Of a stretch of DNA of 64,000 nucleotides, positions 13,327 to 26,645 are shown one piece after another; position 1 is the first letter of the stretch; every line of letters starts with the position of its first letter. The DNA is from Octopus vulgaris. Lineage: Eukaryota. The DNA lies in contig OX597819.1 in NCBI GenBank assembly GCA_951406725.2, forward strand, positions 27,776,001 through 27,840,000, given 5' to 3'. The notes under the pieces are model-generated. The model did no database searches and was not told the DNA's origin. It was given only the letters and a program-made list of their open reading frames with translations. A program made the position numbers and the translations under genes.

Positions 13327-13744
13327 GCCCAGGAGTAGCTGTGTGGTAAGTAGCTTGCTAACCAACCACATGGTTCCGGGTTCAGTCCCACTGCATGGCA
13401 TCTTGGGCAAGTGTCTTCTGCTACAGCCCCGGGCCGACCAATGCCTTGTGAGTGGATTTGGTAGACGGAAACTGAAAGAAGCCTGTCGTATATATGTATA
13501 TATATATGTATGCGTGTGTGTTTGTGTGTCTGTGTTTGTCCCCCCAACATCGCTTGACAACCAACGCTGGTGTGTTTACATCCCCGTCACCTAGCCGTTC
13601 GACAAAAAGAGACCGATAGAATAAGTACTGGGCTTACAAAGAATAAGTCCCAGGGTCGATTTGCTCGACTAAAGGCGGTGCTGCAGCATGGCCGCAGTCA
13701 AATGACTGAAACAAGTAAAAGATAAAAGATAAAAGGTAAAAGAT
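13327..13744 (+). mobile_element. SINE family A, full length (tRNA-like head, central microsatellite, aagagt/aagat tail)
   Basis: Near-identical to copies at 34398, 45418 and 53815. Confidence 0.92.
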
Positions 13745-14073
13745 GCCCCAAAATTCCATGCCTTATGCTTATAGTAGGAAGGATTATTATTGTTATTACT
13801 ATTACTCCTACAACCAAGTTTTCAAAGAAACGATGACATCAGCCACAACGGTATTGCTACGTAGTCGTTCAGTCTACTAAAAATAGCAACTAAATCTCCT
13901 TCAAAGCATACTCCCAGTGTATTAAAAAGAGAACGGTTACGTTGCTCCTGATTTATAAGACGGGATGTCATGTCTGGACTGCTTTTAATCTTAGGTATAG
14001 GTTTGTTCAATCAGAGCTGAAAAAAAAGGACAAGTAACAAATTCCACATCCACATCTTCAGACGGATGTCGAT

Positions 14074-14121
<48 letters not shown>

Positions 14122-14481
14122 TGAGTGTATGTGAGTGTGTGAGTGTGCGTGTGTGTGTGTGTGTGATCAACTCTGTGATAAAAGCGGACATCAAATAACA
14201 ACAGTAACGACACTACTTCAAGGAATCCTCTTAGCAGTCAAATTTCCCTTAAATCACACTTTAACAAAAAGAAGAATACATAAAACAATATAACAGTCTC
14301 TGGTACACAAAATATGCTTAAAAGGATGAGAGGCAGGACAGTGACGGACAGTTATTAACAACTTAGATCATAACTCTGCTCAATAGAAACCGACCGAGGG
14401 TTAAACAACAACAGCAAAAACTTCTCTCAAAACGATCGAACACTAAAAACAGACAAAGAAAATTAAAAATGTTCAAATTAC

Positions 14482-14599
14482 CTAATCGGTAAAGTGTCAT
14501 TTCTATTTTGCTCGGAATATGTTCCTGAGATGCTAAAATATCATCAATATCGAAATACTTCGACGAAGTAGAAGCGAGTCCACTTTGAGCAGAAGACAT
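14482..14599 (-). CDS. GINS3: DNA replication complex GINS subunit PSF3, first coding exon (39 codons + 1 nt)
   Basis: MSSAQSGLASTSSKYFDIDDILASQEHIPSKIEMTLYRLG matches the PSF3 N-terminal pattern (human NFLSLDDILMSHEKLPVRTETAMPRLG). ATG at 14599; phase-1 donor G|GTAATT at 14482/14481. Later exons not found in window. Confidence 0.88.
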
Positions 14600-14614
14600 G
14601 TTTGGGAAGAAAAC

Positions 14615-14630
14615 TTTGAAATTGGGCGCC
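14615..14630. promoter_or_regulatory. CHR-like TTTGAA next to E2F/CDE-like TTGGGCGCC upstream of the GINS3 ATG
   Basis: tttgaa 14615-14620 and ttgggcgcc 14622-14630, 16-31 nt upstream of the ATG of a replication gene. Short motifs that could be chance. Confidence 0.25.
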
Positions 14631-14940
14631 ACATTTAATTAGTCGATGAGGTTTTTCGTCTTACACACGCGGTATTCTTAGACCACGAGTACACGTTAAT
14701 CTCCTGCGAATTATAAATTATTATTTCAAATTAAAAGGAACAAAATTGAATTCTTATAAAACAACAATTATTCAAAGAATTAAATTTTTATAGATAGAAA
14801 TAAATACAACTTGGTGTTTTAAACTAAAAGGACATTCACAGAATGATAGAAAAAAATCAAAATTGGTTCATATGAGACAAATCTCGTTAATATTTTTCGG
14901 ATTAATACCAACGTTTGTGAGTATGTTATGTACATATGAA

Positions 14941-15264
14941 GTGAAGGCGCGTGGCTTAGTGGTTAGGGCATTCGGCTCACGATTGTAAGGTCGTGAGTTC
15001 GATTCCCGGCGACGCGTTGTGTCCTTGAGCAGGACACTTTATTTCACGTTGGTCCAGTCCACTCAGCTGGCAAAAATGAGTTGTACCTGTATTTCAAAGG
15101 GCCGGCCTTGTCACACTGTGTCACACTGAATCTCCCCGCGAACTACGTTAGGGGTACACCTGTCTGTGGATTGCTCAGCCACTTGCACGTTAATTTCACG
15201 AGCAGGCTGTTCCGTTGATCATATCAGCGGGGACCTTCGTCGTCGTAACTGACGGAGTGCTCCA
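14941..15264 (+). mobile_element. SINE family D (different head and core, tail X shared with family C)
   Basis: tRNA-like head gtgaaggcgcgtggcttagtggttagg...gagttcgattccc; core gtgtccttgagcaggacac; atgtacatat repeated on both flanks. Confidence 0.88.
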
Positions 15265-15274
15265 ATGTACATAT

Positions 15275-16230
15275 ATTCTTTTATTCTTTTACTTGATTCA
15301 GTCATTTGACGGCAGCCATGCTGGTGTACTGCCCTTAGTCGAACAAATCGACCCCAGGAGTTATTTATTGTAAGCCTAGTACTTATTTTATCGGCTTTTT
15401 GTGAAACCGCTAAGTTACAGTACATAAACACACCAACATCGGCTATCAAGCGATAGTAGGAGGGGGACAAACACAGACACACAAACATATATCTATGCAC
15501 ACACACTCACACGATGGACTTCTTTCAGTTTCCGTCTACCAGAAGATACTTGCTCAAGATTCCACGTAGTGGGACTGAACCCGGAACTATGTGGTTGGGA
15601 AGCAAGCTTCTTACCACACAGCCACTCCTATGCTTATATATAAACCTTTTATATTTTACTTGTTTCAATTATAAGACTGCGGCCATGCTGGGGTACCTCC
15701 ACGGAGAATTTTGTCGAACGAATTGATCCCAATACTATTTTTTAAAGCTAAGTCCTTATTCTATCGGTTCCACTTGTAGAACTGCTAAGTTACGGAGAAG
15801 GTAAACACACCAACACTGGTTGTTAAGCGGTGGGGGGGGGGGCAAACACACACACACATGACAAGCTTCTTTCAGTTTCCGTCCATCAATTCCACTCACC
15901 AGGTTTTAGTCGACCCGAGACTATAGAAGGGGGCACTTGCCTATGGTGCCACACAGAGGGACTGAACCCGGAACCGTGTCGTTAGGAAGAAAACTTCTTA
16001 CCGCACAGCAGCAACTGCATCTATATAAATCTTTAACCTTTTATCTTTTACTTATTTCAGGCAATGGACAGCGGCCATGCTGGAGCACTGCCTTGAAAGG
16101 TTTTAGTCGAACACATCGATCCTAGTATTTATTTAAGCCTGATACTTATTCTATCGTTCTGTTTTTGCCGAAGCGCTATGTTACAGGGATGCACACAAAC
16201 CAGCACCGGTTGTGAAGCGGCTTGGGCAAA
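15275..16230 (-). mobile_element. Cluster of three diverged SINE A copies
   Basis: Approximately 15275-15630, 15650-16020 and 16035-16230, each matching SINE A segments. Confidence 0.75.
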
Positions 16231-16465
16231 CACAAGTACAAAGACTCATTCATATGTATGTGTATGTGTGTACGTGTGTTTCTGCGTGTATACAGGTGTG
16301 TGTGTGTACGTGTGTGCGTGTGCTTGAGGTACATGGCCGGATGAGGCATTATGTTCTTGAGCAAAACAACTCTGTTTCGCGTTGCTCTGCAATCGCTTTG
16401 GCACTTGGTGTGTGGTACACCCATGAACCTTTTCATGCAACTTCGATTTTGATGAATGGAGTGAG

Positions 16466-16830
16466 CTTCATCATCATCATTGTTCGACCGTGGTCGAGAC
16501 AATGGAATTTACCATGCTACGCCAGACTTCACGGTCCATCATGGCATTACGGAGGTCCTGTTGCTTGATGCCTGTATCCCTGGAGATTACATCAGGGTAG
16601 GAGAGTGTGCGCCCTCTGGTATTGCGAGTAGATGGATTCCAGAGGAGAAGAGTAGAAATTACTTCTTTTTCAGCTCTACAACAATGTCCAGCAAACTGGA
16701 CTCTCATACCTTTCACAAGAGATGACACAGGTGGTAGTTTCCCATATATTTGCATTTTGGTCCAGCACAAACATTTAATAGCTATGAAACAAATCATTTG
16801 TGCAGGTTATTCAGCAAGAAATCGCAGAGG
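16466..16830 (-). mobile_element. RTE-type LINE 3' end with (GAT)n tail
   Basis: IYGKLPPVSSLVKGMRVQFAGHCCRAEKEVISTLLLW...AMMDREVWR; second copy at 55312-55470. Confidence 0.85.
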
Positions 16831-16894
16831 TCCTCTTTCTCGGACTATGGGAGACTATTACACACACACAAACACACACACGTCTGTGTGTGTA

Positions 16895-17232
16895 GATCCA
16901 CTGCGTGGCACCTTGGCCAAGTGTTTTCTACTGTAGCCTCAGGACGACCAAAACCTTGTCAGTGAATTTGGTAGACGGAAACTGAAAGAAGCCCGTCATA
17001 TATATGTGTGTGTATGTGTGTCTTTATGTCTGTGTTTGTCCCACAATCGCTTGACAGCCGATGTTGGTGTGTTTACGTTCCTGTAACTTAGTGGTTCTGC
17101 AAAACTGACCGGTAGAATAAGCACTAGGCTTACAAAGAAGTCTTGGGTTCGATTTCTTCGGCGAAACCCTTTTAAGGCGGTACTCCAGTATGACCGCAGT
17201 CAAATGATTGAAACATGCAAAAGAATAAAAGA
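16895..17232 (+). mobile_element. SINE family A (5'-truncated)
   Basis: Homology to full copies. Confidence 0.85.
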
Positions 17233-17249
17233 ATATATAATGGGTCATA

Positions 17250-18400
17250 TGCCATATGAGTAATAGAGCGGTTATATTTTTTTTATATATCGTCGAGCAG
17301 TATTTTATTGCTTATGGTATATAACTTGTCAAAATGTTAGCGTCGGTTTCGCGCCGGTTATTCTACCGAGGCAATATTGACGACTCTTCAGACATACCGA
17401 TCGGAAGCATATAACCTTTTTTATGCTGGGACTATATGGAAGCACTCCGTCGGTTACGACGACGAGGGTTCCAGTTGATCTGAATCAACGGAACAGCCTG
17501 CTCGTGAAATTAACGTGTAAGTGGCTGAGCACTCCACAGACATGTGCACCCTTAACGTAGTTCTCGGGGATATTCAGCGTGACACAGAGAGTGACAAGGC
17601 CGGCCCTTTGAAATACAGGTACAACAGAAACAGGAAGAAAGAGTGAGAGAAAGTTGTGGTGAAAGAGTACAGCAGGGATCACCACCATCCCCTGCCGGAG
17701 CCTCGTGGAGCTTTAGGTGTTTTCGCTCAATAAACACTCACAACGCCCGGTCTGGAAATCGAAACCGCGATCCTATGACCGCGAGTCCGCTGCCCTAACC
17801 ACTGGGCCATTGCGCCTCCACGCTGGGACTATATATATAGAATCTCGGTGACTCGCTATTCATACAAAGAAATGGAATGTAATTCAGTGAAAAAATTATT
17901 ACGTTTTTTCCGGGAAGAAGAGTTATTTCCCATGGATAGTTGTTGGCAATGAGTGAAGCGTGTAAACTGTGCATGAGTATGTATGTCATTCTCTGGTTCA
18001 AAAATGAACATGACCAGGTTGCGAAAACAAATTTCCATTTAGGAGGATAGCATCCAAAAAACACATTTTTTTTTAGACTAAGAAAGCGTACGAATGATGT
18101 GTATTTTTTTAAACGATTCTTTTCTCTGCCAAGTTTGCATCGTCATCCTCTTCCATTTAGATATCTCCCAGACAGTTCCAGCAACTGCCAGATGATTTTG
18201 TACGATGTTGCTTCCTCTTTAAATTGCCATATATAGCTGACTAAAGTCATAACATTGCTCCTCTCTCGGTTATTCAGCCTGACCTTAAAGGAGGCCACTG
18301 TTGTCCCTAATATTTCTGTATATGCATCGCTTCGCTGTTATTGAGCGACACCACCTCTACTTCCTAGACTACAACTTCCAAGTTGCATAGACCATTCACA
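17250..18400 (-). mobile_element. Decayed Penelope-like element (GIY-YIG endonuclease remnant and 3' terminal motif)
   Basis: 18400-18110 reads PVNGLCNLEVVV*EVEV...SFKVRLNN...TLVSYIWQFKEEATSYKIIWQLL...RCKLGREK; cggtttcgcgcc motif at ~17345 is shared with the Penelope at ~43590. Confidence 0.6.
17438..17821 (-). mobile_element. SINE family C (tail X)
   Basis: Full length; 13-bp TSD gctgggactatat (17425-17437, 17822-17834). Confidence 0.95.
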
Positions 18401-18806
18401 GAGTACTCACTATAAATCTCACATAAGCATGCTGCCTCTACCCTGGGGTAGGTATCTTTTTTTTTTTTTTTTTTACATTGGGCGCACAGATGAACAAGAC
18501 CCATCAGTTATGTTTATTGAATATTTCTCTCTACAGAAGCTCTCTTTTCTTTTTACTAACACCGTGCCACTCAGAGTCTATATTCACCAACAGCATAAAA
18601 CAGGTTGTGCGCTTCCAGCCCGTATATCTAAAGAGTCATCAATATTGTGAGGTGCAATAGTCGACGCGAAACTGATAGTATCCTGGCCAGTCATATACTG
18701 CTCCACAACACACACACACACACACACATACATACATACATACATACATACATACATACATACATACATACATACATACATACATACGTGTATATATATA
18801 TATGTA

Positions 18807-20003
<1,197 letters not shown>

Positions 20004-20039
20004 TATATATATATATACATGTGTGTGTGTGTATTCGCC

Positions 20040-20215
20040 ATGATAGATCGCTAGCCACTACACATTCTTTATTTTCTCTCATTGTTTCTTTCTGTGTTCC
20101 TTTCTGTGGAAGAGCGTAGGCTCGAAACATTAAAGACTTTTTCACTTCCCGAGCGTTATACTAATACGTCTGTTTGTTGTCTACACCACCTGTCTTCGTC
20201 TTTTGTTTTTATTTT
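20040..20215 (+). mobile_element. Penelope-like terminal (pseudo-LTR) fragment
   Basis: ctgtggaagagcgtaggctcgaaac resembles the CTGANGA...CGAAAC hammerhead-derived motif typical of Penelope termini. Confidence 0.45.
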
Positions 20216-20283
20216 CTTCCACGTAAAGATAGCTTAAACTGTTCTCTAAATGGAGGTGTAGTCAAATCCTATTTTATGGACTT

Positions 20284-20403
20284 AACTGGAGCAACGTGAA
20301 TTAAAGTGTCTTGCTCAAGAACACAACACGCAGCCTGGTCTGGGAATCGAACTCACAACCTCACGATCGTAAGCTCGACGTTCTAACCACTGAGCCATGC
20401 GCC

Positions 20404-20408
<5 letters not shown>
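20284..20408 (-). mobile_element. SINE D head and core fragment
   Basis: Reverse complement gtgaaggcgcatggctcagtggttag...gtgttcttgagcaagacac. Confidence 0.75.
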
Positions 20409-20493
<85 letters not shown>

Positions 20494-20637
20494 TATATAT
20501 ATATATATATTGTACTGTTCCGTGATGGTAAGATCTACAAAAAAAAAAACAATGTGAGATAAATATCACTTAATAAACACAATATATAACAGTACATAAA
20601 AAAACATGTATTGTTTTTATGAAATAATAATCAGGGC

Positions 20638-20694
<57 letters not shown>

Positions 20695-21157
20695 GGTGTG
20701 TGTGTGTGTGTGTGTAAGCAAACGATGTAAGCTTTGCTTGGACAAGATCAAAGATCCTGAAAAATACATTTGACTTGGAGACCATTTAAAACTAAAGAAA
20801 ACGGATATGTTTAGTCAGTGCCCTCATTAGAGGAATTCATGTTAGAAACATGGCATTTTCCATTTCAACGTCTGGGGAAATGCTGCCATCTTAAGACATT
20901 TTCAATAATGGTCAGAGATATAACTGGAACCGATCTAATAGAGATAACTCTGCTTCGCCCAGGCTTTTGCCAGCAAAGTTTCGTTCCGAAATTTTCGTTT
21001 ACAAAATTAATTGACCATGACGTTTCCCTCCCTCCTCCAGTTGTAGAGAAGTTATGTGCCCCTCCCCCCTGGTCATTTGAGTCAGGCGAATCGCCTATAC
21101 AGGAGCTATGTGTCTTATATATAAACTTATGTGTATTATAATAAAGAAAATTGCTTA

Positions 21158-22069
21158 GGCGATCTTCGTTTTGACTTGCAGAGCTGTCATCTGCGTTTGT
21201 TAATTTCCGTAATTTTTTATTTATTTATTTACTTTTGTTTTCAAGTGAAAGAGAGGATAAAATGAAAGATGTACGTGTATATGAAATGGGCGTGTGTGTG
21301 AAAGACAGCGAGAGAGAGAGAGGAAGGGAGAAAGAAAGAGTGAGAGAAAGGAAGGAAGGGAGAAAGAGAAAGAGAGAGAAGAAAGGAGAAAGAGAGAGGA
21401 AGGGAGAAAGAGAGAGAGAAACGAAGAGAGTGACTGAAGGGGTGTGTTGTCATATATACGTACATACATCAATACATATGCATATTTCATTTTTGTATGT
21501 ATATGTGCGTGTGTGTGTGAGAGAGATAGAGAGAGTGAGTGAGTGAACGTGTATGTGTAAGTGGCACTCACTCACTCTCACATTCTCTCTCTCTCTCTCA
21601 CATATACACACACACACACGCGCGCACACACACGTCCAGAGTGAAAAATGTATGAACGTGTATGAACACGTTCATACATTTTTCACTTTCTCCTCTCTTT
21701 CACTTTAAAACAAAAGAAAATAAATTTAAAGACTTTACACCGCTGCGACATAGCCGCTGTTTATTATCTATCTACCAAATAAACTATGTTTTTCACTCAA
21801 CAGCTCTTTTTTACAACTAAAATAACCTCGGCAACTATGTTAGGTCGCACAATTTTCAGGTCATTTTCGGACACTATTTCAATTTGCTTCTAATGTTTCA
21901 CTTTCGTCCGCTGTTTCACACATGCGTAGAATTCTACTCAGACAAGCATTTATGAAAAGGTACACATAAATATTGTATTAAAATAATCCACAATAAAAAA
22001 AATTACATTAAAAGACATCCATTTCTCTACATGTTATGAGGAAATAAGTCACTCTCTCTCTCTCTCTCT

Positions 22070-22104
<35 letters not shown>

Positions 22105-22658
22105 TCTTCACACATAAAAAAATGTATGTATATGTATTTATGGGCGAAGGTAAAGAATACGTACAGCCGGTGTTTAGGTTTAGGGCTAGGTATTCTTTGG
22201 GTTTAGGTGTTTAGGTTTAGGTATTCTTTACCTCCGCCTATTTATGTACAAGTACGTGAAAGATAGTGTGTGTGTGAGAGAGAGAGAGAGAGTGGGGAGG
22301 AAAGACAGAGAGAGAGCAACCGGGTGAATGACACTTACATATACATGCAAAAAATTCATACATCACAACACACACTTCTCTCTCTCTCACTCTCTCTCTC
22401 TCTCTCTCTCATACACACACACACACACACACATACACACGTCTATTTCATATACTCATACACTTTCAATTTCTCCTCTCTTTTACTTTCTTCTCTCACT
22501 TCAAAGCAAATGTCACTTTTTTATTTTATCCTCTCTTTCAATTTCTACTCTCTTCAAAGCATAAAGAAATTAAAATAATTTTACGGAAATTATCGAACAA
22601 TCATATGATCCTATATATGTTGAGTTAACAATTTTGCTTCTTCAAACGAAAGAATGTC
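21158..22658. mobile_element. Old fold-back element with GGCGATC-type ends (Merlin-like), microsatellite-filled
   Basis: Left end ggcgatcttcgt...aatttccgtaattt resembles the TIR of 38170-38597; inverted homology between 21201-21300 and 22430-22592; degenerate right end caaacgaaagaatgtc. Confidence 0.5.
22143..22238. mobile_element. 96-bp Merlin-like MITE with telomere-like (TTTAGG/TTAGGG) core
   Basis: 18-bp TIRs ggcgaaggtaaagaatac / gtattctttacctccgcc (1 mismatch); perfect 8-bp TSD tatttatg. Confidence 0.8.
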
Positions 22659-23027
22659 ACAAAATAACTTCCTTTGACACACACACACACATACACACAC
22701 ACTCTAGGTAAAACTTATGTGCAAATTATGTTTTTTCTTGCAGTGTGCACGAGCAAATTTAAAGCTGAGTGGATGAGGTGGGGGAAGAGACATTGAGTGT
22801 TTCTTTAAGAAAAATTAAACTATAAAAAGTATATGTATTTCCCAGATTCGTAATCTCTGTATTTTTCTACGTAGATAACAACAACGAAAAAATTCGAAAA
22901 AGTTACAAATTACGAAATTTCAGAGAGGATTGGGGGAAATTAAGATTTTGAAGACGTGATTTCTGGATAAAATCATATTAACCCCGTTTTATACGATGAA
23001 ACAATACCTATTGTTTTAAAAACTCAT

Positions 23028-23230
23028 TACTCTTTACTCTTTACTTGTTTCAGTAATTTGACTGCGGCCATGCTGGAGCACCGCCTTTAGTCGAGCAAAT
23101 CGACCGCAGGACTTATTCTTTGTAAGCCCAGTACTTATTCTATCGGTCTCTTTTGCCGAACCGCTAAGTGACGGGGACGTAAACACACCAGCATCGGTTG
23201 CCAAGCAATGCTAGGGGGACAAACACACAG

Positions 23231-23310
<80 letters not shown>

Positions 23311-23440
23311 GACAGGCTTCTTTCAGTTTCCGTCTACCAAATCCACTCACAAGGCATTGGTCGGCCCAGGGCTATAGAAGACACTTGCCCAAGATGCCAC
23401 GCAGTGGGACTGAACCCGGAACCATGTAGTTGGTTAGCAA
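23028..23440 (-). mobile_element. SINE family A
   Basis: Near-identical reverse complement of the 34398 copy. Confidence 0.92.
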
Positions 23441-24644
23441 AAAGGAATAAATAAGTTTACGAATTCTGCAAACTAGGTTTTTGCAAGCGGATTGATGAAG
23501 TACAATGGGCAATTGGATGACCAGGTTCATAAATCTTTCTACGTGTGACGTGATCTTAATTTTAATGGTATTGATTTTATTGGAACTGCATCATATGGTT
23601 GAATAGTTGTTTGTAGTTGTTCTCATTAAGTTGTCTTACTAAGCATCTCATAACACCGTCACATCAACAAACGTTGACAATAGGTTAATTGATATAGCCA
23701 TGGTACATTGACAGGGTATATTTTATTTCAATTGTGTATCGGTAATCGAAATATTTATTTCAAGATCTAATTCTCTTTAAAGTGTAACGGGATTTAAATC
23801 TGAAACCGCGTTAGTTCAGTAACGAGAAACAGGCCACATCATATCAAGTGATCTACACTGAATTATGACCAACAGTATTTCAGCTGCAATCGTACGATCG
23901 ATGGAATTTTCGATGATTTTCCTGCCAACATATAGCCATAAAATAAAGAATCGCGAGACAATCAATGCAGGGGGTTGAGAGAGGTTTTTGACAGGACAAA
24001 CAAACACAGGATTTTCAGTCAATTAAAAACATATTACTTCGTCAACAATGCACTTCTCCAAACATCGACACAGGACATTCTTAATTCTCACCTCTCGCCA
24101 CACGAAGATATAGCTAATTCTTATCTAACATAAGGGCCGGATTAAGACCTATAGAGGCCCTAAACACTTAAAAGACTTGGGCGCCCATATATATATATAT
24201 ATATATATGAAATTCAAAATGTAAACAATAATAAATTATAATGTATCTTTTTTTTATTTTTCCGAATGAAACAAAAGTAACAGTAAGATGGAAAATAATG
24301 TTTATTACCCTCGCCTTAGCGAAGACGGGGGTAACAAGCATTATATTCAGTCATGTCCGTTTGTTTGTCCGTGGACAAGCTATCCCAAGAACCGCTGGAT
24401 TGATTCGGATGAAACTTTCAGGGATGTTTGGCCTCATGACTGGCACGAACTGATGAGATTTTGAGATCGATCCGGTACCGGACAAGGATTCTGGATTATT
24501 TTTCCTCTTTTTTTTTTTTTTTAATTTTTGAGAGCGGTCGAGTTCATCTTTAGTATTCTCATTTGTGAGAGCAGTCGAGTTTATTTCAGATATTCTCATT
24601 TTAAAAATCATCTTTGGCTAATCGTTGAAAGTACGTTGGTGTTG

Positions 24645-26645
24645 TCGTTAGTGTTGTATTTGAGTCAGTTGAGTTTGAAGTGTATACGCTCCATGTGAGT
24701 ACTGTTATTGTTAAACTGTTATTTATTGAATTGTTGGATTGTTGTTACCTGAAATTGCTGAACTTGTTGTTACCTGATTTTTTAAAATTTTCTTCCCCAT
24801 TTATGGGTGAAGTTGTGAACAATATTGTGATGGAAGGTACACCAGTGCAAGCGGGCAGTTATGCTGCGGTGACTGGCAAAAGCCTGTCAGCAGAGGTAAT
24901 GCAAGTTGGAGAATTTACATTGAATGAGAAAAACTTCAAGAAATATAATGATTTATTGAGAAATGAGGGAGATAGCCTGAGGTTGACGCCTCCCAAAAAA
25001 GTGACGGAAAAGATGGAGAAAACAATTGTATACAGAACGTTGAATATTGCAACGAAAAAAGTGGAAATAGCAGCAGTGGAGGCGGTCGAGGAGTGCCTGA
25101 GAGAAGTCAAGAATGTAACGACATACTACACCAGAGGAAGGAAATACAGCACAGTGGAGGTACGCTTCGTGAGTGAAGAGGAAGCAAGAAAATACTCAAC
25201 TGTGCCTTTGAGATCAGCAGAGTGGGCACTACTACCGACATACTGTGACAAACGTGCGGCTAGAGTAAGAACAGGTAGAGTGCCCCAAGAAACTGATGCG
25301 GCGTGGCTGGTGGCAGCCATCCTCTTCAATACAGAGGAGGATACCCAAATATTGAAAATATCGAGAACTACGGAGGTGAACTGCTGGGGGTATGGACTGG
25401 AGGTATCGGTTCATATAAGCTTGCGAGACCCCCACAAAATTGCGAAAAACTGGTACTGCCAGACGAAACAAGGTTAAGAATTGTGGAAGACCGCCTGTAT
25501 GTTTCCTATGTGGAGTAAGGGGACACATGAAAGCTAAGTGTCCCCAGAAATACGAAGAGGAGGAGACAGAGAAGGAATATCAGGAAGAAGAGGGTACAAC
25601 CGTAGCGGAGGAGAAAATAGAAGAGCAATATACAGTGGTAAAAAGGAAGAAGAGTAATATAGAGTCACCACCAAAAAGTCCGAGGAAGAAAACAAAGGCA
25701 AGTGGAGAGGAGACGCAGAGGGAAAAACAAGAGAATACGAATGAGAAGAGAAAAACTGAAAAGTCAATAAAAGTGAGGAACGAACGCAGAGACCATCAAC
25801 TAGCAAGGATGAAGGAGTACAGAAGAGAAAGGAAAATAAAGAGAGATGATAGCAACACAGAATGAGACAGAGTTAGATAGAAATGCCAGCGGTAGTAGAG
25901 AGGCTGGCGAGGAGAGAAGGAGAGTGACACAAAAAGAGAGGAACCTGAGAATAATGGTGGAATACACAAAAAGTGTAGAGATAGAGAAAAAGGTTGCCAA
26001 GATGAAGAACGTTATCAGAATGAAATTAGCGGCCAAAGAGAATAATGAAGGTTTGAAAGCTGTTTTGCTTGAAAAAGAAAGAGGAGATAGATTGAGGGAG
26101 TTGTTTGGGGAAAGGATAGAGATGGCAGCGATACAGATTTGTTACGACGAATTGCCGCCGGAGGTGGCCTTCGAAGATTTAATGGAGTATATTTAAGAAA
26201 AAAAAGGAAGCCAACAGATGCAAGACAGATATTGAACTTTCAATAAATCTTCATTTATGGGGGATAGGTGAGCCATTCCATCATCATTTTTCATTATATC
26301 CATAATTCATTCGATTTGTGTTTTTATGTACCCCATTGTACTGTTTTGTCTGTTTTGTGTTGTCCCTTCTTTATAGAGGTCTTGTGCCTGTTATGTAATC
26401 ATCACAACAAACATGAACAATCAACGTTGCCCATTGTCTCCCTTGATACAGGGACATTCAGTAAGTTTCCCGCCACAAGAAATACCTTGTACAACAACAG
26501 CAGTCTAATAAAGTATCTCGTATCGTTAACACGTTTTTTCAGTCTCTCTCATTTTCTTAATCTTTCATACTAAGTACTCACTACTTCCTTTAATACTCAA
26601 TACATTATATATATATAACAACAGTGCCTAATAAAAGAAATCAGG
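24645..26645 (+). mobile_element. Non-LTR retroelement encoding only an L1/Tx1-like ORF1 (HAL1-like)
   Basis: 12-bp TSD acgttggtgttg (24633-24644, 26646-26657). Frameshifted ORF 24803-26196 with SYAAV, RRM-like VEVRFVSEEEA, zinc knuckle CFLCGVRGHMKAKC and a charged tail. T-rich 3'UTR and AATAAA; no EN/RT. Confidence 0.8.
26389..26623 (+). mobile_element. Solo LTR (235 bp)
   Basis: TGTT...AACA termini, 5-bp TSD gtgcc (26384-26388, 26624-26628), internal AATAAA. Confidence 0.75.

Noticed and set aside
14941-15012. tRNA genes at SINE heads (also 36931, 41767, 45897)
   Set aside because: They have A/B-box-like motifs but run into SINE bodies with TSDs; no proper acceptor stem or terminator.
22170-22222. 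Interstitial telomere or chromosome fusion scar
   Set aside because: Short, degenerate and enclosed by TIRs with a TSD, so it is transposon cargo.
23816-24110. Possible Tc1/mariner remnant or small gene on the minus strand
   Set aside because: Only a vague resemblance to SPDLNP/LWGY motifs; insufficient support.
26389-26645. 3' transduction by the ORF1-only element
   Set aside because: The extra sequence has TG...CA ends and a 5-bp TSD, so it is a later solo LTR.
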